DNA of 64,000 nucleotides from Lytechinus pictus (taxonomy: Eukaryota). Positions within the stretch are counted from its first letter, which is position 1. The number at the start of each line of letters is the position of its first letter. Where the stretch lies: the NCBI RefSeq assembly GCF_037042905.1, contig NC_087263.1:9178001-9242000 (forward strand). Reading direction: 5' to 3'. Position numbers and translations under genes: made by a program. This document shows positions 1 to 12,128 of the stretch, one piece after another. Under the pieces are notes generated by a model. It was not told the origin of the DNA and ran no database searches. It saw only the letters and a list, made by a program, of their open reading frames with translations.

Positions 1-415
1 TGTGGCCATCCAAAGGGACACCAACTGGTATCAGTTTGAACAACCCAGATAGTACAGTGTAATGGACACTGGCAATCACTCAATCACACACGACGTAATA
101 TTGGCCAGTTAGGAAACATGTGGACATGCGATACAATCGAGGGCTATCTGAGGTCATTATTAATTAATGACCACACTTAAGCAGCCAGACAGTCTGTCTG
201 CCGTTGAATCTGGGCATGTGCCAAAGACAATGCTTTGGGATTAAGAAGATCATCCCTAATTAATAATCAAGAGTGACAAGTAGTCAGTGCCCCCTATCCA
301 CAACAAGCTTCAGAGCTGGAATAGGAAAGTTTTAATAATGTCTTATTTCTATTGTGACTTGACATTCATTGCACTTTCTTGCAGGGTTAAGGCCTCTACA
401 CTACTTCTCAATTAC

Positions 416-851
416 GCTCTTCACACTGCACATATTTTCCTTAACCCCGTAAAAAAAGGTAGCCCCACCAGTTTCCCAGGGTTAAGATTAGCTCACTTCG
501 GTTTCACACTACGTTTTAGCAAAGTGGGCTAGCACGGTAAATAGTACGGTACTATCTGGCCCTGCAAAGAAGCAGGGTTAGCTGGCTTGTTGCGGTGCTA
601 AGAGATGTAGTTTGAATCGAAACCGGGCTAAGGAAAAGTGGGGCTAAGCCTTAGACAGAAGTCAAAATTGCACATTAATCACGCTCTGTGTGGCAAAGTC
701 ATCAATATTCATGAGCTCTACGATTGTCCGGGGTTAAGGCCATGACCCCGGCTAAGCAAATAGTATGGGGTTAAGAGACAAATGTGAAACCAAACAACAA
801 AAATATGAGATTAAGGATAGTATGGGGTTAAGGAAATGCAGTGTGAAAAGC
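416..851. mobile_element. MITE with terminal inverted repeats
   Basis: Left end gctcttcacactgca..ttccttaacccc pairs with right end ggggttaaggaaatgcagtgtgaaaagc. Confidence 0.7.
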
Positions 852-1006
852 ATAAATGTTTCTGTGATTTGCATAAATGCAAATGCAATATAGAGAGTTC
901 ACGCAATTTGCCATGATGTATTACAGAAAAGAGCACCTGTGCATTACACTATTAAAATGATGTAATCAGAGCTTCATCATACTGATATTTATGGTTGTCC
1001 TCCAAC

Positions 1007-1195
1007 ATGGCTGCATTTTAAGCTCTCTATAGGCCTCACACCGCTAAATATTTCCCCACAGACACGTGTACATGGCTGCTTATTACGCTCTATAGGCCTC
1101 ACATCTCTAAATATTTCCCTACAGGCATGTGTACATGGCTGCCTTGTTAAGCTGTATAGGCCTCACACCTCTAAATATTTCCCCACAGACACGTG
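1007..1195. repeat. Tandem repeat of about 63 bp, 3 copies
   Basis: catggctgc..tataggcctcaca..ctaaatatttcc..acag.ca.gtgt occurs three times. Confidence 0.85.
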
Positions 1196-1211
1196 TTAAT
1201 GAATAGCAATA

Positions 1212-1443
1212 GGTGTTGTGGCTCAGTGGACAAGTCTTCAGATTTTGAACAAGAAGCACCGAGCTTTAATCCCACTGAAGCACTTGCATCCTTTGGGCAA
1301 GGCTTTATCTACATTTGCTACTCTTCACCCAGGTTTAGTAAATGGGTACCTGACTGAAAGAAATTCCTTGAATGCTTGAGCACTCATTTAGATTTGCCAT
1401 GCCAAAGCACGAGTAACAGTATACAGTGCTTAGAAACATTATA
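1212..1443 (+). mobile_element. Diverged tRNA-derived SINE
   Basis: A-box-like gtggctcagtgg and the core cccagg..aaatgggtacc..aattccttgaatgcttgagc shared with other copies. Confidence 0.7.
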
Positions 1444-2139
1444 TTAAGCTCTATATAAATGTTGATTAACATTATCTACAATAGGAGGACTAATGTTCAC
1501 AAGCAGTAGAGAGGAAATATATACGTGGTATGACATTTTTTTATTATTCAAATAAACTTGTTGTTGAGCATTCTTCAGAACTGATTTATTATAATTCCAT
1601 TTTTCACCCAAAAAATATTGGGAAATCATAGAATAACAGTCAGTGCTACACTACCCCCACCCCCCCCCCCCAAAAAAAAGAAGAAAAAAAAAGAATAATG
1701 AATCAGCAATGATTATGTGGGGGTATTTTTTTCTCCCAAAACAATGCCCGACTCTGCAGTCTTCCATCAAGTTCAAGAAAACATGAATCTCTTAAAGTAT
1801 ATATTTCACTGTCTGAAATTACTGTGACCTTTTTTGCTATTATTTTCAAATATTTATCAATATCCTTCATGGGTTTTTCACCAGGAAACAGTAATTATAG
1901 ACAGCTGAGTCTGTGCTGATCGCAGCACCCCTCCTATCAGTATAGCAATACAACACAGTGGAACAACGATGTATCACTGAAAATCAACCCCCTCCAACCC
2001 CTCTAGCATTGCAACACAGTACTAGAATGACGTATCACTGGAAATGAAGACTGGACAGGAAAGACTGAAAAATCACATAAACGATATGTGAAAAGGGCAC
2101 AGTTCAACTTGCACTACTGAACAACATCATCATCATTAT

Positions 2140-3500
2140 GTCATGGACCCTAGGGTCCAAGATTATATCATAAGACTTTTAAAGTTTCCCTGAAGATTTG
2201 GCCTATCAGTGACTTCTAATTGGTTTATTCATTGAATTTTCATTGTTCCTATTCAACGAGTTCTCTCTAACTCTACGTCTATGAAATGAATTTTAATCCT
2301 CACTAATTTTTTTATATATTCATTGAGTTTTCACTGACATCTTGGTCAACACAATCCTATCATGGACTGGACTGAGATCTCAAAAACTCATTAGTCTATT
2401 CAATGAGATCTCAAGAATTCCTCAAAAGGGTGCTCACTATACTGTTTGGTCTATTCAATGAGTGTTCTCTACCTCATCGGTCTGAAGGGTTGTACAATGA
2501 TAATTCACATACCCTGCGTTATATTCAACAAGACATCAGTAATTCTTTAGTCTATTCAATGGGATCTCACCAACTCTTTAGTCTATTCAGTGGTAGTCTG
2601 CGAGCAGACCCTTAGTCTTCACAATTTCGCATAGAGCATAATGCAGAGTCTGAACTAGTGAGACTAGTACTGTGGCTGGCACAGAGAGAGACTTTGGAGT
2701 CTAGTTTTCAAAATTGCTTGGACACTTATTCAGTGTATGTTCACTATCATTGGTCTACAGATGAATTCTTTGATAGTCTATAGGGCTTTAGAATGAGATC
2801 TCACTTACTCTTTGGTCGATTGAATCAATGGGATCTTGCTATCCTTGGATCTTTACACCATCTCACAAACTCAATGGTCTATTTAACAGGTGCTCATTAA
2901 AAACTTATTGGTCTTTTCCATTGGTGTTTCATACACTGTCCAAAGGGTCATCCTTGAACTACTCAATAGGGCCGTCTGCACCATCCCGAGTTTTCAAATT
3001 AGCGCGCTATTTCTGATCCGGCAAATTATCCCGATCTGAACAATCTCGAGATTATTTGCAATGGAGACGCAATTATCGCGCTAGTTCGTCGGATTAATCT
3101 CGAGATTGCAAGAGATTTGCAAAATAGCACGCTATTTTACGAATTATCGCGCTAATTCGTAGGTGCAGACGCACTCGGGATTATTTATTCACGGCGTCAG
3201 ACCATAATGCATCAATGCCTCGCTCGAGCAGGAATTGCTCTTCTTGCGATGGTGGAGACGGGGTCTCTTGAATCTCGAGATTAATCGCGAAGAGGGCCGA
3301 TCGGGCTAAAATCTCGAGATTGGGCAAACTCGGGATGGTGCAGCACCGCCTAATGAGTTCTCACTGAAGAACCGTTGTATTGCTCTATAGCGTCCTAATA
3401 ATGAGACCTCACTTCACCATTGGTTTATTCAATGACTTTTCTCTATAATCTCCTTGACCTTTTCTCTGTCTCACCAATTCAAATGTCTATTCAATGGGTT
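2140..3500. repeat. Degenerate minisatellite-like region, interrupted by MITEs
   Basis: Recurrent (g)gtctattcaatg(a/g) motif. Confidence 0.5.
2970..3350 (+). mobile_element. MITE (Harbinger-like); short derivative of 61353-62218
   Basis: TIRs ggccgtctgcaccatcccgagtt / aactcgggatggtgcagcaccgcc; ends near-identical to the longer copy. Confidence 0.85.
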
Positions 3501-3507
3501 CTTACTA

Positions 3508-3672
3508 CAGGGGTGTGAGTGGTCACAAATAAAAATATCTGAAAAAAGCTGAAGAGTGTTGAAAAAGTCTGAAATAGAAAGAGCTCCCATACTTTTTGTA
3601 CAGAGGAAGGCCAAAAATAAGCTGAAATTAAGCTGGAAAAAAAAATTAAATATCTGAACTCTCACACCCCTG
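3508..3672 (+). mobile_element. hAT-like MITE with 6-bp TSD
   Basis: TIR CAGGGGTGTGA and TSD TTACTA; second copy at 48126-48308. Confidence 0.85.
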
Positions 3673-3689
3673 TTACTACTGTACATGTA

Positions 3690-4300
3690 ATTGATTGATT
3701 GATTGATTCTTTATTTCCATGCAAAAAATTAATCATACAACATAAAATATACAATATTTCACCGTAAAATAACAATAAACAATCATTGCATGGGAGGGGA
3801 CAGTCATAAGCACAAAGGCTTGAAAAAGAACACCCCTCAAGAAAGACTACGGCCATGATAAAATCAATACAAGTTATATTTTAAAAATTACAATAAAAGC
3901 AGGGCCAAAAGGAAAACACATCAAGCATGTCCAGAATACTCTAATGATAATTACACACCAGTTGCGTATTGATTAATATTACTATGTTTAACATAGTTAT
4001 GTCGTATAAATACAAAAAAATACAGTAAGCAGTATGATGAAATAATGATAGAACAATATCTCAACTCAAATAAGTGCTAATAATGGAATGCTCAAACTCA
4101 AACTTAAGTTTGTTCAATGTAGGAGCACCACGTATTGTAAAGCTATATCATTCCTTGGACTGTTCTAGAAGTTTGTATCAACTCGAACTGTGTTTAGAAT
4201 TCTCAGATCCATTAATAAGAAATAGCCATCTCTTGTACATGGTTTGTTATGATAAAAAAAAACCTATTAAAAGTCCCTGAAATCAAGGAATATGATAGCA
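3690..4300 (-). mobile_element. 3' end of a degenerate L2/Crack-type LINE
   Basis: On the minus strand: AATAAA plus (ATCA)n tail, an aagc..gctt stem-loop near 3810, and a remnant frame ..FTIRGAPTLNKL resembling the ORF2 C-terminal SF.YRG..LWN.L motif. Confidence 0.55.
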
Positions 4301-4449
4301 AATGTTTATACCTTAGTAGCATTTGATGGGTCTATACTTCCTGTTGTAGGTTTAATTTTAGAAATTCATTATTTTATTCTTTTGATTCCTAATTCTTCAT
4401 AGAATTTCACTTTCATTTTTCCAAATGTCCTCTCCACTAATTGCATGTT

Positions 4450-5000
4450 TCCAAATAGTACACTGTCCAAACTTGAAGATGGGGGGAGTCCATTTTAGCC
4501 TAAATATTAATTTCTCAATCATCAATACATGTGGCATGGAAACAGTACAGGGAACTGAACGAGGTGATTTAGGACACAGTAACAACTTAGTCCAAACCAT
4601 CCTTTTGCAATGTTAGGGTCAAGGACTCCAAAATACTACACTGTCAACATTTGTAGGGCAGTGTCCAGTTTACCCTACATATTAATTCCTCAAATGATAA
4701 CACATGTGGAATGGAAACAGTAAAGGCACTGTACAAGAAGGTGATTTAGGATTTTATAGCAATTTAAGAACATCCATTAATCCAAGCTTTCCTCTTTGTG
4801 ATATTAGGTTAAGGACATCAAAATACTACACTTTCAAATTTGTAGGGCAGTATCAATTGCTCAATAAGACATGTGGGATGGAAGTGGAAGAGGCGTACGA
4901 AAGGACGGTAGATGGACCAGAAGGTGATTTACAAATCTTCAGCAACTTAAGAACATCCATTAATCAAAACCTTCCTTTCCTTATTTTAGGGTCAGGGGCA
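4450..5000. repeat. Diverged tandem repeat of about 180 bp, 3 copies
   Basis: aaata.tacact.tc..acatgtgg.atggaa..aggtgattta recurs at about 4453, 4631 and 4821. Confidence 0.7.
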
Positions 5001-5086
5001 AAGATCGTTAACAAGGTCGGTTGGTTATGCACCCGCTAAAGGAAAACAACTGGCACAAGGATATGACGAAATGTACCCTTGACCTG

Positions 5087-5227
5087 GGGAGTGTTTCTTC
5101 AACAAGTTTTGTCAGAGTTTTTAAGTGACTAATTTGCTCTGGGCCAATCAGGTGCAAGGAATTCAGTAGCTTCTAACTAAAAGTCAGTAAAAATGACTGG
5201 CTATTAGTTTCATGAAGTGCTCTCCAG
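5087..5227. mobile_element. Short MITE of a CCAAT-containing family. Related copies at about 10015-10126, 16211-16377, 26460-26600, 30003-30135 and 46740-46847.
   Basis: GGGG..tttc / atgaa..CCCC termini and a shared agctactgaaatccttgcatctgattggc core. Confidence 0.65.
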
Positions 5228-6988
5228 AAACTCTTTTCAGTCACATGATCTATCAAGTTCACAGGTTTTCCTTTTCTTGATAGACACGTAGAGATGACCT
5301 GCCCTTGTTCTAGGTGATCTTCAGTCTGTCCTGTATTTCTTTTCCTAATTATCATCGAGTCTTGTCAACTCTAAGACACAAACTTCTTGTGTCCTCAGGA
5401 GGAAAGACACCAACCAAGGGCAAGGGTGCTGCCCAAGATGTTGCCTACGGTTAGAAAGTTTCTCTGAAGATTTCTCTTTTCCCGACAGTATGACTCAAAA
5501 CTATGAAAAAAACTTTGCAAGCTAACCGCTTAAAGAAGCTAGCAGTCCCATGTGCTCTTTTTTATGGGGCCTCTGAACAGCGGAACCTGTACTGAGCAAC
5601 ACTGTTTGAGAAACGCTCTAGACATGTAGTCCCATGTGCTTTGATCCAGGGGGCCTATAGTGGGCAGAGAGATAGGAGTTCGGCGACTAAGAATGAGGTC
5701 ATCCTGTCTGAACAGGTAGTCTATGGTTGCATTAAAACAACCCTCCCTTCCCCCTCCCGACCCCTAGAATCAGGGTCTCCAAAGATTCATGTTTAACAAC
5801 ATGAATGTCTGCAAGCAATTTTTTAATGTCAGTCATTAAAATGAAACATCTTTGGCTTTAAAACTTCAAACATGAACTCACTTGTGATCCTTTCATAATG
5901 CTTTTTGTGAGTATATAGTCACTAGATCTGTTATAAGCTTCTGAAATACTTGCATCTTATTGGCTGACAGCTTCTCAATATATTTTTTGCTTTTAAAAAG
6001 GTGATGTGAAACACTCCCCTGAACTGCCCTACATGTAGCACTCATGATAAAAACACAAAAATAAATGTGAAGTCATATTTATGAAACATGACCTGTTTTC
6101 AGAAAGCATGCAGTCAAGTTCCTGAAGCAGATGAAAAGATCAATTTGACCGTGAAGTGGGTCAAGTCAGGATCTTTTAATCCCCTCCTGCCAAATTGAAT
6201 TTGGTCACTACTGCATGATAATAAGCAGAATCTAGATCTAGGCCCTATATTTTTTTTTTTTTTTTAAACTTCATTTGCAGCCAGAACCGTAAGTTTCAAA
6301 TATTCCAAGGAATCAAAATAGTCCAGTTCACTGTGGTTTGAAAGCAAGCATAGAAGTGATTTAACTCTTTATACTTTCATCTAAATCACATAATTAGAGA
6401 ATGCCCCCCCCCCCAAAAAAAAAATGTAATAATCAGATACTATGTTGATCAGTTAATTCATGTGGTCTCTTTTTTATCAGTAATCACCACAAATGGTTTC
6501 ACCAAAACTGAAATTATGCATAACGAATAACTTGTGTTTTCAGTTAGGATTATAAATGATAAACCAAACGAGCCACTCTGCACATTTCTGAAGAATTTGA
6601 TAGAGGCCATTTAAAAGTTACGATTCATCTTTTGAAGTGCTGAATACACATAGCTATGATTTTTTTTTCTTTATTTTCATATCATGCTCAGATTACTCTA
6701 GAAAATATTTAATAAAGCTGTGCCTCTATTAACAAAAGTTCTAGTGATAAATAATGCTGGGCCCTGATCGGCTTTGAAGGACCAACTTTTATGACTAGCA
6801 GAACATTTGTATCTCAAAACACTCTATTCTAAGCTCTCAAGAAAATCCTACCAATAAATTCCTCAATTGAAATTGGCCCACTCTTTTCCTTCACAGTCTG
6901 AAGTAATTTTGCTGTATAAAATTATGCCATGAAAAAGTCTCTTCTAGCATAAACAATTCTTTGGCACGAATTATACAGAACCAGATTT

Positions 6989-9019
6989 TTAGCATGCACT
7001 ATTATGTGAACCGACCTTATGCACTGGACAGAACCTCCAATTATCAGAACATCCCAGAGAGCCATCACCACAGCCGGTCCAGGACTTTGTCTGCTTCTGA
7101 CGCACTGTCCTACGGGTCATGGAGCTTCTGGCGAGGCCACTTCTGAGACTACCTCCACTGGTCATGCTGGTGGCCCGACTGACAAGTTGACGGGAACTGT
7201 TGGTATATCCTGGCATGGATGCTGATCGATAGACCCCAAGATGTCCACCAACCATACCTCCTCCAAGGTAACGATCATCAAGGTGGCCTGGATGAAGCTT
7301 GGTCCTTCGATCATTGTCAATCATATCCAGGAGTTCCTTTTGGTTTTGTTCCCCAGAAGTGGCTCTGTTCCCGGTGGGTGGCTCGGATTCATCATCGGTT
7401 ACAATAATAGGTGTGGACATTGTCGTTGACTGATCAACAACTTTGGGCTTTATTTCTTCTACGACAGAATCACAGTTCATTTTATCATTTTTCTTTTGTG
7501 TCCCAACTTCGGACATTGCAGCAATTTGTTCATTTTTCTTTTGTAGCCCAAAGCTGGACCAGCCATCCATTTCCTGACCTTTTTGAGAACCATCGGATGA
7601 TTTTCCAGAGTTCTTAACAGGGGAAGAAACATTTTTAGATTTGCCTCTGGTATCATTATGACTGACATCCTTTGCTTCGAATTCATGATTTGCAATTGGC
7701 ACTTGCTTCTTTGGACTTTCAAAGACATCGCAATTCTTTTCTTTTCCATTCATACGTATTGGCAGCTCTGGAGATTGGTGGGCAATTGACAGCTTATCAT
7801 ACTTTTTACGACGTGTCCTTGCAGGTAATTCTGGAGAACTCTGTCCAGCAGAGTCAAGACTCTCTTCAGAATGGAAAAATCCCTGGGGAGAAATTGGCGA
7901 CATCTCTAACGATGTCTGCCTCTTGAATTCCACTGAGTCGCTGCCATGCTTCCCTCCTAAAACCAAAGGGGTCAGGTCTGGTGACTTGGATCCAATGGAG
8001 GTTGTGTCCTCAGAGCTAGCAGCTCTTCTCCTGGAAGTCTTTGCAGGTAATTCTGGTGATGGCGGTTCATCACTTTTAGATTTGCAGCCATTGAAATGTT
8101 TGTGGTGTAAATTTGGATGGGACATGGCACCGGTTCTTCGACGATGAGCGTAAGCCTCTCTCAGCTGGATATGCCCGTTGGAATCCTTAGATCTTATCAC
8201 TGGAGGTGAGCCAGAGTGCACTGGTGTCAGGGGGTCATGGGGCTTGTCCATCTCACAACTCTTTCCTGGAGTAGGTTTCTCTGCAGAATTTGTTCGTTGA
8301 AACCTTGATTCCTTATTTGGACTTGAGGAGATTTGATGATGTGTCTCTTTTCCTTTATGCTTTGGGGACCCAGGATCCTGCAACCTGTGCATATCCTTTG
8401 TCTTTGGGGAGTGATGTCCATGACTGGGATGCCTACCTGTCTCTTTTGACTTGGGAGATTTTGGAACTTCAGCATGATGTATATAAGATTCATTCTTTGG
8501 AGAAATTGGCCAGTAGTTAAAGTGGGAATCCTTGATCTTTGGTGATTTAGGTGACTTAGGAGACATTGGAGATCTTGGAGAGTGTGGCCCATTGGAATTG
8601 TGTATGTATGGTTCTTTGTGTCTCGGAGATCTTGTGGAATCTGCAAGATGCATGTAGGACTCCTTGGTTTTGGGTGAACATGGGGCATCATGAGACCTCT
8701 GTTTCTCCTTGCTCAATCGGAGACCATCCCTACTGAAGAAAGTCCCTTTCCCATCTTGAAAATTGGGATGGGCTTCTGCAAACTTTCCATGGTGGTTTGA
8801 AGCAATATCGATCGGATGAGGCAAGTGTTTTGGTTCCCTGCCCGATCTAGCACCACTTAGATCCGGTTGGTCCTTGCTTTCCTTGGAGTGTGTCCGCATA
8901 TGCTCATGAGAAAGTGATCGCTTGGCCTTCTTCCCCGATCCATGAGGATGGTTCAGCTTGGGACTATGTGCCTGCATGTTCCCCTTCTCCAAGCTACCTA
9001 CAGTGTATTCAGAATGCAA
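6989..9019 (-). CDS. Large coding exon of an unidentified gene, encoding an intrinsically disordered Ser/Pro/His/Lys-rich region. Likely start is ATG 8977; possible phase-0 donor AAG|GTCGGT at 7016/7015.
   Basis: 676-codon open frame in AT-rich DNA, with non-repetitive nucleotide sequence and higher GC. Recurring SPK and SPELPx[RK] motifs. In-frame TGA at 9025-9023 just upstream. Candidate acceptors TTTGCAG at 9058/9057 and CTGTAG at 8999/8998. No recognisable folded domain. Confidence 0.85.
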   Translation of the reverse strand: MHSEYTVGSLEKGNMQAHSPKLNHPHGSGKKAKRSLSHEHMRTHSKESKDQPDLSGARSGREPKHLPHPIDIASNHHGKFAEAHPNFQDGKGTFFSRDGLRLSKEKQRSHDAPCSPKTKESYMHLADSTRSPRHKEPYIHNSNGPHSPRSPMSPKSPKSPKIKDSHFNYWPISPKNESYIHHAEVPKSPKSKETGRHPSHGHHSPKTKDMHRLQDPGSPKHKGKETHHQISSSPNKESRFQRTNSAEKPTPGKSCEMDKPHDPLTPVHSGSPPVIRSKDSNGHIQLREAYAHRRRTGAMSHPNLHHKHFNGCKSKSDEPPSPELPAKTSRRRAASSEDTTSIGSKSPDLTPLVLGGKHGSDSVEFKRQTSLEMSPISPQGFFHSEESLDSAGQSSPELPARTRRKKYDKLSIAHQSPELPIRMNGKEKNCDVFESPKKQVPIANHEFEAKDVSHNDTRGKSKNVSSPVKNSGKSSDGSQKGQEMDGWSSFGLQKKNEQIAAMSEVGTQKKNDKMNCDSVVEEIKPKVVDQSTTMSTPIIVTDDESEPPTGNRATSGEQNQKELLDMIDNDRRTKLHPGHLDDRYLGGGMVGGHLGVYRSASMPGYTNSSRQLVSRATSMTSGGSLRSGLARSSMTRRTVRQKQTKSWTGCGDGSLGCSDNWRFCPVHKVGSHNSAC

Positions 9020-12000
9020 TATTCATCTCTGAAACTACTGTTCAATATGCAAATAACTGCAAACAAATTGAAAACTTTCAATTCAACATGAAATCCATGC
9101 AGTACAGTAAAAGTCCGACAATGATGGGGTGAAATTTCAACACCTTCCTGTTCAAGATACTTTTTATCACAGCACATCCAACTCGTGTCAAAATTTAACC
9201 AATTTATACACTTCCTGAAGTATTATGCACACTAACTGTGTAATATATCCTCTAGTCACAAGATATAAACCCAGATATTTTTGCCCCCTGAAACTACGTA
9301 AATTGTGTGTTGGCAATGTTGGAGCCTCCTTGAAAAACCCCTCAATACTTGGCAAGTCATGCACGTTCACCAAGCACAGAAACTTGAAGTGATATGTGAC
9401 GTTGACAGCACCACATGACTGACTAAGATCTATCCAGATAAAAACAAAACAAGTCCCAGTGGCACATCATATCACCATGATCTCCATAATCTTTGTAAGG
9501 AAGTCCTCATCAACGTATTCATCACATCCCATGACATTCATTAGCTAAGCAGCAGTTAGTCTATTCCATCCCTGGTTTACAACGTATCATTCCTGCAGGG
9601 TAAATATGCTTGTTCCGGCGACTCCTGCAAACTTCTGTAAACAGTAGCATCCAAAAGTGGCATTAAAAAGTTTGCAAGTCCCTACCAGAGAACTTGGAGA
9701 CTCCTTTAGAAGGGTACATATCTGAAGTCCTATTCCCAACGGGCATGGAAATCTAACCTACTTCATTGGCTGTAATGGGGAAGTTGATGCATGTTGTGCA
9801 GTAGCAGTATCAGCTGCAGAAGTCTTTCCAGAGTGGGGGAAAAAAGAAAAACAAGCACAAACTGTTTGGGCCATACCATTTGGCCTGAGAGGGGGGTTTC
9901 CTGCGACAGGAAGCGAGGGTGAACCGGGGAGGAAGTGAATATGTAGTCATTGACAAACTGAATCATCCCGAAGATCAGGGTCCCGTTTCGTAAAGACTCG
10001 CTCCAATAGCAAATCCACACATTCTATAACAAGTTCACTATCAGCCAATTAAATCGCATGATTTCAGTAGCTTAAAACTGTTCACTGCAGAATTGCTACT
10101 CTAACAAGTTTTATGAAATGGGCCCCTATGTCTTACTTTTGTTTCTCTCAGTTGCCCCCCTCCCGCTCCCTGAACCCTGTTCAACAAAAGGTCAACGAAA
10201 GAGGCTTCCACATTATACAACCCCCTTGGATTTCACTGATAGACTAAAACCACCCTGATTCATGGACAGAAGATTCATTAATCTAATCACCATCGTCATA
10301 CTTCGATGGTGTTTAGTCACAAACAATCCCTTTCTTTTGTTTGAAGTTATTTGTGGCCATCGCAAAACCATGACTGTCACATCACACAAAAATACTAATA
10401 GCTGAAGAGCTGTCATACAATTCTGTTTTGTGTGTGAACATTCACAAGTCTATTTCAAATGGAAAGTTCTTAATACCATAACACTCTGCAACTATGTTTT
10501 CTATAAAGCCAATTCTTACAGAGCAACACTATACTTGATTTTTTTTTCTTTTAATATTATGAAATCTCTATTTCTTTCCATAATTTGTGGAAGACATTTG
10601 AGATCTCTGCCTCCCTCTTTTCACATTAATATGAATTTAAAGCCTATTTTAAAAATGAAACAAAATTCTAAAATTTAAATAATTCCGAGCATTAGGATAT
10701 AATGTAATAGAAACATTTCATGGCCAACACCTGCTATTTTATAATTTTGTAATATACTTTTTTAGTTAATATCCCCAATTGGTCTATAAGCAGCCGTCCA
10801 CCTTTCTCAGACAGTCTTTTACTACATGGGCTAAACCTATTTGGTCTGTTATTAATTAGGTCTAATTGTTTTTGTCTTTTTTGGTCTACAGAATATTCAG
10901 TCTGCTAACCACATAGTTTAATTCTCATCTTGTCTAATATCCAGTGGTTCAATGTAATTTCACTTTACCTTTCATTCATGTTTACTTTCTCAAATAAAAC
11001 GTTTGTTCATTAACAGTTTATTTAACCTTTGGATAGCTTTCATGTAATGTACACTTTTGCTTGAATTAGCATCGTTCAAAGTCTAAATTTAAATGATAAT
11101 GATACAGTGTGATAACATGTTATTATTACTCAGTTTCATGTTTCTTTCTAATGGAACCTTTAGCAGAAGGATGCGCTATGATGTAAAAGGCAGATCATTT
11201 ACTTCAGAGAAAATTTGTAATAATCTACGATTTCCTCTCATAGGAAATTCCTCATAGCGACTCTATACAGAAACTAGACTGTTTGGCAATTAAGGGATCA
11301 TAATAAAGCAATACTTCCCTATCAAGTAATTGAAGTTGGCTGGACATCTATACTGTATCTCCAATGATAAAATAGAAAATGAAAAAGTAAGATTTTACTA
11401 AAATATAATTTTTAATTAATGGTTTGATTGATAGTTATAAACCTTTGAGATTGAAGTTATTTTCTTCAAAATAAATAATGGTACATTTCGTTGTGTTCCA
11501 CCCATACTTCGCTTGTCGAGAACTAGGCAAATTTGTTTTGAATAGAAAAATATGTATGATCAAATTAGTACTTTCACTGAGCATCTAGTGAAACTTCAAC
11601 TTCCAGCAATTCCCATGTTTTTTCTGCTGCAACAAAATTTGAATAGAATTATTTTCAGAGAAACTGGCCTCACATTGACAGCTAAATAAATCTAAATAAA
11701 TCTTGAGCAGGTTGAATTCTCTTTTCTCTCATTTCATTTAGCCTCTATAAGAAATCATATTAAGACAACTGGTGTGAACACAACCATCACAATGTTTTTA
11801 GTCTCGGTTGCGAAGCAGCTCCGTGATTCAGGAAGAAATCACAGGAGCACTAGCTAGGCTCGCAGCCTCGCACATACGTAGGAATCGCCTATTCATATCT
11901 GCCCCCATCAGGAAAATAATTTTCTATATTCTTTTGTTTAATTCTTGGTATCCCTTTATTTAAACCTCTTTCTTTCATATTATTACAGATGATCTAATGT

Positions 12001-12128
12001 TTCATATATTTGTGTTCAAAATAAATGTGTTTCTACCAATCAAACATGCGCTTTCAGAACTTACACTTAATTCTTATTAGTTGCATTTAAACAAAGCTCT
12101 TTCTGCAACAGGCCTTGAGTGAAGCAAT

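Noticed and set aside
5173..5355. 60-aa minus-strand ORF as a next exon
   Set aside because: Only a weak donor (CAG|GTCATC), and it ends inside a MITE.
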